A stretch of DNA of 64,000 nt, taken from contig CAZSDS010000001.1 in assembly GCA_964605735.1 (NCBI GenBank), forward strand, positions 573,864 to 637,863, written 5' to 3'. Numbering within the stretch: the first letter of the stretch is position 1; every line of letters starts with the position of its first letter. The position numbers and the translations under genes are program-made. The stretch comes from an uncultured Candidatus Saccharibacteria bacterium (GTDB lineage: Bacteria; Patescibacteriota; Doudnabacteria; UBA920; O2-02-FULL-48-8). Under the pieces are notes generated by a model. That model worked only from the letters and a program-made list of their open reading frames with translations. It searched no databases and was not told the DNA's origin. Positions 1-7,976 of the stretch are shown here, piece by piece.

Positions 1-559
1 TTGAAAGCGGGATGCCTACTCCTCCGCCTCGGGACATGATCTCAGCCATTTGCGACAAAGTCTCAAAAATCCCATGCCTGGAATCTTTCGGCCCTGGAAT
101 CACATAGCAGTTATAAAAAGTCAGGTTCTGACCTGTGCCCGCACCAGTGAAAATTCGTCCGCCCGGCACATACTTCCAATCATCCATCAAATCGCGAAAA
201 TTCTGCTCCCATTCGCTGCGCAGTTCTTCTGTCTGCTCAACACTGGCAATATGCTTGGCAATGCGTGCAAACATTTGCTCCGGCAAGGTTTCCAGCGGCT
301 TGTCTACGTGCTCAATGGAGCGTTTCTCAATTGTTCCGTCGCGCAATCTTACCGTGACTTCCCGGGTCTGTGCATCGAAAGCATCAACCGTACCAATTTC
401 CCTTTGACCAGTCTTTAAGTTTACGCAAACAACAACTGTATCACCTGCTGAGACAGTTTCCTTTTTGGCGTCCTTTACTGCGTACCTGTCGAGGAAGATT
501 TTCTCCCCCAGTTCGCTTAAAGCGTTATGTGGTCTGTTTTGCAAATTGGTCGGTTCCAT
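1..559 (-). CDS. nrdJ: Adenosylcobalamin-dependent (class II) ribonucleotide reductase, N-terminal part (partial; runs off the left edge of the window)
   Basis: Open-ended minus-strand ORF, absent from the ORF track. My translation from the ATG at 557-559 reads MEPTNLQNRPHNALSELGEKIFLDRYAVKD...GGRIFTGAGTGQNLTFYNCYVIPGPKDS...SRGGGVGIPLS. This matches the N-terminal motifs of class II RNR. It lies immediately downstream of nrdR on the same strand. Confidence 0.8.
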   Translation of the reverse strand, partial: MEPTNLQNRPHNALSELGEKIFLDRYAVKDAKKETVSAGDTVVVCVNLKTGQREIGTVDAFDAQTREVTVRLRDGTIEKRSIEHVDKPLETLPEQMFARIAKHIASVEQTEELRSEWEQNFRDLMDDWKYVPGGRIFTGAGTGQNLTFYNCYVIPGPKDSRHGIFETLSQMAEIMSRGGGVGIPLS

Positions 560-597
560 GTTTAGATTTTCCTTTGGATTTCAATGGTTAATGATTT

Positions 598-1041
598 TTA
601 AAGTTTTTTGGCTTCGCGGACGAATTCTTCCACGTCTGCAAATTGTCTATAAACGGAGGCGAACCTGATATATGCCACTTGGTCTTTCTTTTTTATGTGC
701 CTCATAACGATACTGCCAATTTCCTTAGTCGAGACTTCTTCTTTCCCAAGCTTTTGAATATCCTGTTCCACTTTGGAGATGATTTCCTGGAAGTCTTCCC
801 TGTCCAAGGGGCGCTTTTCAAACGCTTTCCTGATTCCGGATTCAATTTTTTCCCTCATGTAGGGTTGGGTTCGGCCATCCCGCTTGATGACTTTCTGGTC
901 CAGGATTTCCATTTCTTCGTGGGTAGAGAAACGAAAACCGCATTCGTTGCACTCACGCCTTCTTCTGATGGCCAGGCCATCATTGACCGGACGGGAGTCA
1001 CAGACCTTTGTGTCCTCATGGGAGCAGTTTGGACATCTCAT
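598..1041 (-). CDS. nrdR: Transcriptional repressor NrdR (zinc ribbon plus ATP-cone)
   Basis: 147 aa. MRCPNCSHEDTKVCDSR...CNECGFRFSTHE is the NrdR zinc ribbon, and it is followed by an ATP-cone. The gene precedes an RNR gene. Confidence 0.93.
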   Translation of the reverse strand: MRCPNCSHEDTKVCDSRPVNDGLAIRRRRECNECGFRFSTHEEMEILDQKVIKRDGRTQPYMREKIESGIRKAFEKRPLDREDFQEIISKVEQDIQKLGKEEVSTKEIGSIVMRHIKKKDQVAYIRFASVYRQFADVEEFVREAKKL

Positions 1042-1224
1042 TTGGTGGAAATTTGCCTCTTAAGGGTAAACAAAAACGAGGTGACACTTAGTCTGGTTTT
1101 TAGACCAAGAAGCCTCTCGATATAACTTGAAACAATGAACTGTGTGCATTTAAAGCACAATCACACTAAATTTTGGTTTATTTCTGGCATTTTGCGTTTG
1201 GATCCGGTAAACTTTCGCCGCCAA

Positions 1225-1240
1225 ACACAATATGTAGTAT
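1225..1240. promoter_or_regulatory. Putative NrdR box 1 (acacaatatgtagtat)
   Basis: 16-nt near-palindrome matching the NrdR-box consensus (acaCwAtATaTwGtgt). It lies about 185 bp upstream of nrdR in an AT-rich intergenic region. Confidence 0.55.
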
Positions 1241-1258
1241 TTACCATAGATAGAATAA

Positions 1259-1274
1259 CCCCATATATAGTGTT
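1259..1274. promoter_or_regulatory. Putative NrdR box 2 (ccccatatatagtgtt)
   Basis: Second imperfect NrdR-box-like palindrome about 34 bp from box 1. A tandem arrangement is typical of NrdR operators. Confidence 0.5.
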
Positions 1275-1388
1275 AGTCAAAAAAGGCGTTTTTATTAAGT
1301 TTTTTAAAAATTGCACATTTTACGACAACCTTTATCAACAATTTTTCCTCTGAAAACTAACATTGGTGTCAAATTAAAAAGTTGGCTC

Positions 1389-1805
1389 TCAAGGAGAGCC
1401 AACTGGTCTGGAAACGGTGCGCTGGACGAGCCAGGACCCGGGGTGATAGAGCCTGGCGACATACGGTTTCCCGTTCACCACGATGGAGAGGATGAAGTGA
1501 GATTCGGAAATGGCTATCCGCAATCTACTGCGGCGCATCGCGAACTCCACCTCGTCAGTGTGTGCCGAACGCGCAAGGGGGATGATTTGGTAGATCGGTA
1601 CGACCCTCCTATCCTCCCCGCCGCGCTGAACAAACTCGATCGCCACATTGACGTGCGAATCGCCTGACTCATCAACTATCAAGAAATAGTCGAAGCTGCC
1701 AGGAACGCACCCGTAAAATGAAATACCCGCCGGTATAAACCTTCGATTCCAACCACCTTCCGGAGAAAATCGTCGATTCCGATCTTTGTCGCATTCGTCC
1801 AACAA
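1389..1805 (-). CDS. DUF559-like (Vsr/PD-(D/E)XK-fold endonuclease-like) domain protein, compositionally atypical
   Basis: 138 aa; TTG start at 1805 preceded by GGAGG. The motifs SFYGCVPGSFDYFLIVDESGDSH and RRVVPIYQII resemble the DUF559 core (yivDF...LivElDGgqH...yrVlRf). GC is visibly higher than in flanking DNA. An upstream TTGCAT-N16-TATAAT promoter is present on the minus strand. Confidence 0.4.
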   Translation of the reverse strand: MLDECDKDRNRRFSPEGGWNRRFIPAGISFYGCVPGSFDYFLIVDESGDSHVNVAIEFVQRGGEDRRVVPIYQIIPLARSAHTDEVEFAMRRSRLRIAISESHFILSIVVNGKPYVARLYHPGSWLVQRTVSRPVGSP

Positions 1806-1891
1806 ACCAACCTCCTATGAATACACTCAACGCCTTACTTACAGCTAAGATTATAAGCTAATGAAGAATTTATGCAAGTCATATTGAGGCA

Positions 1892-1918
1892 ACAAAAAAG
1901 CCACCTTTTTGGCGGCTT
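1892..1918 (-). terminator. Rho-independent terminator after ftsZ
   Basis: On the minus strand, the hairpin agccgccaaaaaggtggct is followed by a T-run. Confidence 0.6.
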
Positions 1919-1927
1919 ATGTAAGTC

Positions 1928-3079
1928 TTATTTAATCTTCTTCCGGATAAAGGCTGGGATTTCCAATTCATCCTGATCTGCGGCTTCTTCCCGCTCTTCT
2001 TCCCGTTCAGGTTCTTCTTCCAACACCTTAGGGGCATAAACTGGTTTGCGGACAGGTTCTGCAGGAGCTGCTGGCTCTTCAATTCTAACCACCGGACTTG
2101 CAGGCTTGTTCATGGCTTCATCAAAACCAGTGGCAATAACTGTGATCTTGACCTCTTCTTCCATTTCCTCGTCAATCACGGCACCAAAGATGATTCGGGC
2201 TTCCGGATCAGCGGCCTTGGTGATGTATTTTGCCGCGTCATCGACTTCATACATGCCCAAGTCGCGTCCGCCAGTGATGTTGAACAAAACTCCGCGTGCG
2301 CCATCAATACTCATTTCAAGCAGTGGCGAGTCAATTGCACTGCGTGCCGCATCCAATGCTCTGTTCTCCCCTGTCCCTCGGCCAATACCCATCAAAGCGC
2401 TGCCCGCATTTTGCATAATTGCTTTCACGTCAGCAAAGTCAACGTTGATCATACCAGGAGTGGTAATCAAATCAGAAATACCGGCAACACCCTGGCGCAG
2501 GACTTCATCCACGGTCTTGAACGCGTCGAGCAGTGAAGTCTTTTTGTCTATGATCTGCAAAATTCGGTCATTAGGGATCATGATGATGGTATCAACATGT
2601 GCCTTTAAGGCTTCCAAACCTTTGTCAGCAATTTCCCGGCGCTTGGCGCCTTCAAAAGCAAATGGCTTGGTGGTCACTGCAACAGTCAAAATTCCTACCT
2701 TTTTGGCAAGCTCAGCCACAACCGGCGCAGCCCCTGTCCCTGTTCCGCCACCCAAACCGCAGGTAATGAAAACCATATCTGCGTTCTTGATGACTTCCAG
2801 AATTTCGTCCTTGCTTTCTTCCGCGGCAGCCCGGCCAATGTCCGGGTTCATGCCCGCGCCCAACCCTCTGGTAATGGTCTTCCCGATGTGGATTTTGTGG
2901 TCAGCCTGCGAGCTGTGCAAAGCCTGAGCATCAGTGTTAATGGCCACGAATTCCACACCACGAATGCCGTTCTCCATCATTCGGTGAATGGCGTTGTTAC
3001 CTGAACCACCAACACCAATAACCTTGATGCGGGCGAAAGTTTCGATCTTCGGTTTGACTTCAAAAGACTTAAGTTTCAT
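1928..3079 (-). CDS. ftsZ: Cell division GTPase FtsZ
   Basis: 383 aa with GGGTGTG tubulin signature, the [23 protein letters not shown] segment and an acidic C-terminal tail. Confidence 0.97.
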   Translation of the reverse strand: MKLKSFEVKPKIETFARIKVIGVGGSGNNAIHRMMENGIRGVEFVAINTDAQALHSSQADHKIHIGKTITRGLGAGMNPDIGRAAAEESKDEILEVIKNADMVFITCGLGGGTGTGAAPVVAELAKKVGILTVAVTTKPFAFEGAKRREIADKGLEALKAHVDTIIMIPNDRILQIIDKKTSLLDAFKTVDEVLRQGVAGISDLITTPGMINVDFADVKAIMQNAGSALMGIGRGTGENRALDAARSAIDSPLLEMSIDGARGVLFNITGGRDLGMYEVDDAAKYITKAADPEARIIFGAVIDEEMEEEVKITVIATGFDEAMNKPASPVVRIEEPAAPAEPVRKPVYAPKVLEEEPEREEEREEAADQDELEIPAFIRKKIK

Positions 3080-3147
3080 ATATAGCTTACCTATTATATA
3101 AGGTTAAGGGATTGGGGTCTAGTTCTTCACCAGACAGAATTCCTGAT

Positions 3148-4401
3148 TTACGGCAGGAACGATTTAAACCATTTTCGCATACGGTTGACCGTATCATTTT
3201 CCAGGACTTTTTTGGCAAATTTGTTAACTGAATGGGACGAACCCAACAGATACTCATTAGCCCAAAGAACAAGGCCTACAGCAGTGGCAAAAGCCGGATC
3301 ATTTACGCGGTCAATAACCGTGGTAACCTGACCTGGGGTGCCTAATGTCACTGGCAGGCGCAGCTGCTTTTTGGCTAATTCTACCACACCTGGAAGTTTC
3401 GCACCGCCCCCGGTCAAAATAACTCCGGCTGGCAATTGTCCGTCCTTGCCCACGCGCTTGAGTTCCTTGTTAACCAGGTCAAAAATTTCTTCTAACCTTG
3501 CTTCGACAATTTCAGCAATGTGCTTGGTGGAGACTTTGCCGTCTTCCTGCTTGTCTATCTTGGACAAATCAACATCCAGATCTTTTTTTACTTCTTTGGC
3601 TTCCGCGTAAGCGTACTGCAGTTTCAGTTTCTCAGCTGTGTCCACAGAAGTGCGCAAACCAATAGCCAAGTCATTGGTGATGTGAGTTGAACCGACTGGC
3701 AGGATGGTGCTCATGACCAAATCGCTTTCCTCAAACACAACCATGCCGGTTGTGCCGCCGCCCAAATCAATCACGGCAACACCCAGCTCTTTCTGTTTCT
3801 TGTTCAAAACAGCTTGCGCTCCGGCCAGTGGCGCCAAGACCAGATCATCGATTTCAATGCCTGCCTGCATGATGCATTTGGTCAGGTTCTTGATAAACGG
3901 AACAGAAGCCTGGATGATTTGAGAATCAACTTCCAGGCGGATGCCGGACATGCCAACCGGATCTTTAATCCCCTTTTGGCCGTCCACAGTAAAGGTTTTT
4001 GGAATGACGTGCAGAATTTCGCGGTTTGAAGGGATTGAGATAGCCTGCGAGGCATCCACTACCCGGACCACATCATTTTCTGTGACTTCCCCGTCAGCAC
4101 GGGCAACTGCCACAACTCCATGGCTTTCCTGGGAAGAAATATGAGCCCCGCCCACTGAAACCACAGCATGATCAATGGAAAGCCCTGTCATGCGCTCAGC
4201 TTTTTCCAAGGCCTCAGAAATGGAAGACACCGCTTCGTCTATATCAACTATGACTCCGCGGCGTATGCCAAGAGACTGGGCTTCACCCACGCCAATAATG
4301 CTTGGATGACCGATCTCAGATTCCTGTTTTCCAATTACCACTCGGATTGTGCTTGACCCAACATCCAATCCGACAAAGATTTGTTCTTTAGCCATGGACA
4401 A
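3148..4401 (-). CDS. ftsA: Cell division protein FtsA (actin-like ATPase)
   Basis: 417 aa. The sequence IFVGLDVGSSTIRVVIG and the DLGGGTTG motif match FtsA. It lies immediately upstream of ftsZ. Confidence 0.95.
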   Translation of the reverse strand: MSMAKEQIFVGLDVGSSTIRVVIGKQESEIGHPSIIGVGEAQSLGIRRGVIVDIDEAVSSISEALEKAERMTGLSIDHAVVSVGGAHISSQESHGVVAVARADGEVTENDVVRVVDASQAISIPSNREILHVIPKTFTVDGQKGIKDPVGMSGIRLEVDSQIIQASVPFIKNLTKCIMQAGIEIDDLVLAPLAGAQAVLNKKQKELGVAVIDLGGGTTGMVVFEESDLVMSTILPVGSTHITNDLAIGLRTSVDTAEKLKLQYAYAEAKEVKKDLDVDLSKIDKQEDGKVSTKHIAEIVEARLEEIFDLVNKELKRVGKDGQLPAGVILTGGGAKLPGVVELAKKQLRLPVTLGTPGQVTTVIDRVNDPAFATAVGLVLWANEYLLGSSHSVNKFAKKVLENDTVNRMRKWFKSFLP

Positions 4402-4437
4402 CCCCCAATTTTTGTTTCTTATTTTTTTTCAAAAGCA

Positions 4438-4881
4438 TTATTTTCCGGATAATTCTTCTTTTGCGATTTTGGAAACCACAGAACCGTCAGTCTGGCCTTT
4501 TGCGCGCGCCAAAACTTCCTTCATGACTTTGCCAAAATCAGCCGTCGTCGCGTTGGTTTCCGAAACAACTGCGCGCACCAGTTCCCTGACCTGGTCTTCA
4601 CCCATCTGTTGCGGCAAGTATTTGACCAAAACAGCCATTTGCTTCTCTTCGTGCTCAACTAAATCTTGTCGGCCGCCGGATTTGAAGCTGTCGATTGAAT
4701 CCTTATGCTGTTTTACTTTTTTGGCGATGACCTTAAGAGCTTCTGCTTCATCAAGGGCGCTTCCCTTTTCTATCTCAGCGTTCTTGATTTCAGATTTGAT
4801 GCTGCGCAAAGCGCTCAGGCTGACTTCGTCCTTGGAGCGCATTGCGGTTTTAAAGTCTTCGTTTATTTGATCGAGTATCAT
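4438..4881 (-). CDS. yqeY: GatB/YqeY domain protein
   Basis: 147 aa. The N-terminus MILDQINEDFKTAMRSKD... matches the YqeY family. The rpsU-yqeY pairing is a conserved arrangement. Confidence 0.85.
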   Translation of the reverse strand: MILDQINEDFKTAMRSKDEVSLSALRSIKSEIKNAEIEKGSALDEAEALKVIAKKVKQHKDSIDSFKSGGRQDLVEHEEKQMAVLVKYLPQQMGEDQVRELVRAVVSETNATTADFGKVMKEVLARAKGQTDGSVVSKIAKEELSGK

Positions 4882-4890
4882 TGAGAAATG

Positions 4891-5133
4891 TTAGCGTCTC
4901 TTGAAACGTGACCCGAATGCCGGCAGTTTGCCGAGCTTCTTGAGTTCTTCTCGCTTTTCACGGTTAATGTTTCGTCTTAAAGCGTCTTCGCGCAAAAGAT
5001 TGCGTGATTTGCCAGGCTCATAGAACCTGATCTTTCTGGCACGAACCAAAACACCGCTCTGTTGGATTTTGCGGTTGAATCTGCGGAGCAAACTTTCAAA
5101 GGATTCTCCATCTTTCTTTTTCACTTCTACCAT
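4891..5133 (-). CDS. rpsU: 30S ribosomal protein S21
   Basis: MVEVKKKDGESFESLLRRFNRKIQQSGVL... matches S21. I trimmed the start to the internal ATG at 5133, which is preceded by agagaggtga (Shine-Dalgarno). The track ORF extends to 5187. Confidence 0.9.
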   Translation of the reverse strand: MVEVKKKDGESFESLLRRFNRKIQQSGVLVRARKIRFYEPGKSRNLLREDALRRNINREKREELKKLGKLPAFGSRFKRR

Positions 5134-5579
5134 CGTGCTCACCTCTCTTTCAAGATAACGCCTTAAACTAAAAACTAAACCGACCAATGATTAACTGGCA
5201 TCCACGATCCGCAAATATTGCGGATTCTCTCGGGGCTGCCAGCTTTAGGCTGTAATATGTATAACATATTTTGGCCAAATACGCAAGGACTGATGCGTCA
5301 AATAGCTGGCGTAATGGCAATAAAAAAGCGCCCCTGGTTAAGGAACGCATAACGTAAGGCGGGTTGTCGCCTAGACGTCGTGTGTGTTGAGTACCGGATC
5401 CGCAGCCGGAGTTAAACCCCTACTGTGCTCCTGTTCAAACCTGCGTCCAGCATTCCCGATCCGAGCCATGGCCGTCAAAACCATGGGAGTGGCCTCATTG
5501 AAAGGTTTTTCTTTCAGGTAATCACTTCCAGGTAAAACCGCAAGTACGCGGTGCTTGATGCTCGCCTCAATATGTAAAG

Positions 5580-6860
5580 CTAACGGCCCAATCTTTTCTT
5601 CACCTCATCAATAATGCGCTCAGTGGTGAACAACTCCTGCATGCCTGAGCGGACATCGCGCAGAATGACGGTCCCGTCACGCGCTTCCTTCTGTCCTATG
5701 ATCAGCGCAATGCTAACTTTGTTTGACTCAGCCAGCTTCAGTTGGGTTTTGATTGAACCAGGGCCGATAAATTCCGAAGCCACTATGTTCTGTGCCCACA
5801 GCTCGCTGAACAGCCGCAAGGTTTTCTTGGCAGCCAAATCTCCAAGCGGCACCAGATACACGTCAACTTTATTTTTGGATGCGAATTTAATGTTCCCGGC
5901 CTCAAAAGCAGTCAGGACATTTTCCATCGCCCCGTTAAAGCCCAAAGCAGTGGCCGGTTGTCCGCCAAAACTCTGCACCAAATCATCCGCATGCCCGCCG
6001 GCTCCCAGCACAATATCCTGTCCGTTCCCGCGGTATCTGATTTCAAAAACAGTCTTGCGTGACCACGGCGCACCAATAATCTTTTGATTTAAGTTATAGA
6101 CCAATCCAAGCTCATCCAATCCCTCCAGCACGCCAATAAAATGCCTGCGGCAGTTTTCGTCCAAATAATCAATCAAAGCCGGAGCCTCATTCGCCACCGC
6201 ACTGCAAGACAAATTGGTGCAGGCTAAAATCTTAACCGGATAAGTGTCAATGGCCTCCACGCAGTTCTCGCATAGATCATACTTCTTGTCCTTAAAGTAG
6301 TTGCGCAAAACTTCCTGGTAAGCAGGCAGACATTCCAGACAGCCAATGTTATTGATCTCCAAAGACAAATCCTGCAAACCAATTTCAGAAAAGAGACGGT
6401 ACAAAAGGTTTATGACCTGTGCATCTGCGATAGGCGCGGTTTCGCCAAAAATCTGCAAACCGAATTCGGTGCCTTGCTTGATCTGCCCTTGCCTGCTGTA
6501 TGTGTAAGGCGAAAGATAATACCACTTGCTGACCTTCTCCCGCTCAGGGAATTGGTACTCAAGGTAAGCACGCACCAGCCCAAACAAACTGTTCGGCTTC
6601 AGGGCAAGCCGGTTGTTTCCCTTTTCATCCGGAATCCGCACCAGTTCGCCAACCCCAAGCTGTTCCCAGTTTTTGAACAAACGGGCATCTTCCAGCATCG
6701 GCGTTTCGATTCTTGAATAGCCAAAGGTATGGGCCAGGCTGGTAAACTTTTCCGCAAAAAAATCAAAGCTCAAATGCTGGTCAGGCAGAAGATCATAGGA
6801 GCCTGGCAATCTTGCCGGGGCTTTTTCGACTGTTGGAGTAATTTTCTTTGGTCTACCCAT
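5580..6860 (-). CDS. hisS: Histidyl-tRNA synthetase (class II)
   Basis: 426 aa. HisS N-terminal motifs are present, along with a class II motif-3-like GGQP...GF..G segment. Confidence 0.93.
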   Translation of the reverse strand: MGRPKKITPTVEKAPARLPGSYDLLPDQHLSFDFFAEKFTSLAHTFGYSRIETPMLEDARLFKNWEQLGVGELVRIPDEKGNNRLALKPNSLFGLVRAYLEYQFPEREKVSKWYYLSPYTYSRQGQIKQGTEFGLQIFGETAPIADAQVINLLYRLFSEIGLQDLSLEINNIGCLECLPAYQEVLRNYFKDKKYDLCENCVEAIDTYPVKILACTNLSCSAVANEAPALIDYLDENCRRHFIGVLEGLDELGLVYNLNQKIIGAPWSRKTVFEIRYRGNGQDIVLGAGGHADDLVQSFGGQPATALGFNGAMENVLTAFEAGNIKFASKNKVDVYLVPLGDLAAKKTLRLFSELWAQNIVASEFIGPGSIKTQLKLAESNKVSIALIIGQKEARDGTVILRDVRSGMQELFTTERIIDEVKKRLGR

Positions 6861-6946
6861 AATTTTTGCAGGAAAATTAAAAAGTCTAAGTTAGTTGCCT
6901 TTAACCGCACTTTTTCACTTAAACTTTTGTTTTTTGGACCTTTATT

Positions 6947-7645
6947 TTAGAAAGTATATTCGGGAGTGGAAAACTTGGCAAATTCTGACAGCGGCAATAC
7001 TCTGACAAACACTTTTCCGATCATGTCTTTTCTGTTCAAAGGACCCCAATCGCGCGAATCTGATGATGCCAGACGGTTGTCCCCCATCATGAAGTATTCA
7101 TCATCTTTGAGTGTCAGCGTTTTTCTGCCCCCGACCACTGAAGTGTTATGCGGGAAAGTCAAACCCTGGCTTGGCAAATATACCTCGGAAAGTGTTACGC
7201 CGTTCGGGTGTTCATCGTTTACTATAGTGATACGGCCATTGTCCACGGTTATCTGCTCTCCTGGAAGGCCGATTACGCGCTTGATGAAGAACTGCTTCCG
7301 GTCTTTAGGGTATCTGATGACGACGACATCCCCTCTTTGCGGATCATTCATGCGGTAACTTATCTCATCAATAATCAGGTACTGGCCATTTGAGTAGTTA
7401 GGCTCCATGGACGAACCGGAAACTATAAACGGCTGAAAAACAAAGTATCGGATCGGCAGGATAATCGCCAAAGCAATGACAATGACCTTCACAAAGTCCC
7501 ATACAAAGTACATTGTACTTGCAAAACCTGATGGCTTTGGCCGATCAAATGATGACGGCGGCTGTGCAGGTGGCTGTGGCGGAGTAACCGGCTGGACTTC
7601 GGAATTTGGATCTATTGTGTTTGTTGGTCTTTTAAGATCATCCAT
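6947..7645 (-). CDS. lepB: Signal peptidase I
   Basis: 232 aa with an N-terminal TM helix, a SGSSMEP serine box, a RGDVVVIRYP box and a GDNRLASSDSRDWG box. Confidence 0.93.
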   Translation of the reverse strand: MDDLKRPTNTIDPNSEVQPVTPPQPPAQPPSSFDRPKPSGFASTMYFVWDFVKVIVIALAIILPIRYFVFQPFIVSGSSMEPNYSNGQYLIIDEISYRMNDPQRGDVVVIRYPKDRKQFFIKRVIGLPGEQITVDNGRITIVNDEHPNGVTLSEVYLPSQGLTFPHNTSVVGGRKTLTLKDDEYFMMGDNRLASSDSRDWGPLNRKDMIGKVFVRVLPLSEFAKFSTPEYTF

Positions 7646-7678
7646 GAGTTTAAGTAATAATTATTTTGTAGGCTATTC

Positions 7679-7755
7679 TGGTGGTCGCAGCTGGATTCGA
7701 ACCAGCGACCTCACCGATGTGAACGGTGCGCTCTAACCAACTGAGCTATGCGACC
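7679..7755 (-). tRNA. tRNA-Val (anticodon CAC)
   Basis: Hand-folded cloverleaf: GGTCGCA/TGCGACC acceptor, GCTC-AGTTGGTTA-GAGC D arm, CACCG-TTCACAT-CGGTG anticodon arm, GCTGG-TTCGAAT-CCAGC T arm, and an encoded CCA. Confidence 0.9.
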
Positions 7756-7769
7756 GTACGGCGGACAGG

Positions 7770-7791
7770 TAACCAGCTGAGCTAATCGTCC
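7770..7791 (-). pseudogene. Orphan tRNA 5' fragment (acceptor 5' strand plus D arm only) immediately upstream of tRNA-Val
   Basis: The minus strand reads GGACGATTAGCTCAGCTGGTTA and then continues CCTGTCCGCC instead of GAGC plus an anticodon arm. No complete cloverleaf can be folded. Confidence 0.4.
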
Positions 7792-7976
7792 TTGATTTAT
7801 TCTTGATTACTGAGATTTAGCTTTTTAAGCTTAACAGATTCCGGATGCGGATTCAACCCCTGATTTATCAGTAAACTCAAAAAAATTTATTGTAGATTAA
7901 AATTCTGTATTAAGATATAATTTAGTTGACCGCAGACAACGGTTTATGTTGTTAGAAAGGACAAAAATAACTTACG

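Noticed and set aside
2046-2927. 293-aa plus-strand ORF antisense to ftsZ, and similar long antisense ORFs (8289..8741 in the LCP gene, 15031..15777 in topA, 48040..48669 in rnj, 19693..20701 in copA)
   Set aside because: Each lies entirely inside a confidently identified gene on the other strand. The products are low-complexity (Ser/Ala/Pro-rich) and have no start or SD context. They are typical shadow ORFs.
5168-5350. 60-aa minus-strand ORF overlapping the rpsU start
   Set aside because: It overlaps the S21 SD and start and the structured leader. It has no SD of its own.
5340-5580. tmRNA / RNase P RNA / SRP RNA in the GC-rich hisS-rpsU spacer
   Set aside because: None of the diagnostic motifs could be found on either strand. 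These include the tmRNA GGGG 5' end with tRNA-like 3' end ...GGTTCRANYCC...CCA, the RNase P GGAAAGUCCGG/P4, and the SRP GGAA...AGCAG helix 8. I kept it only as an unexplained GC-rich region.
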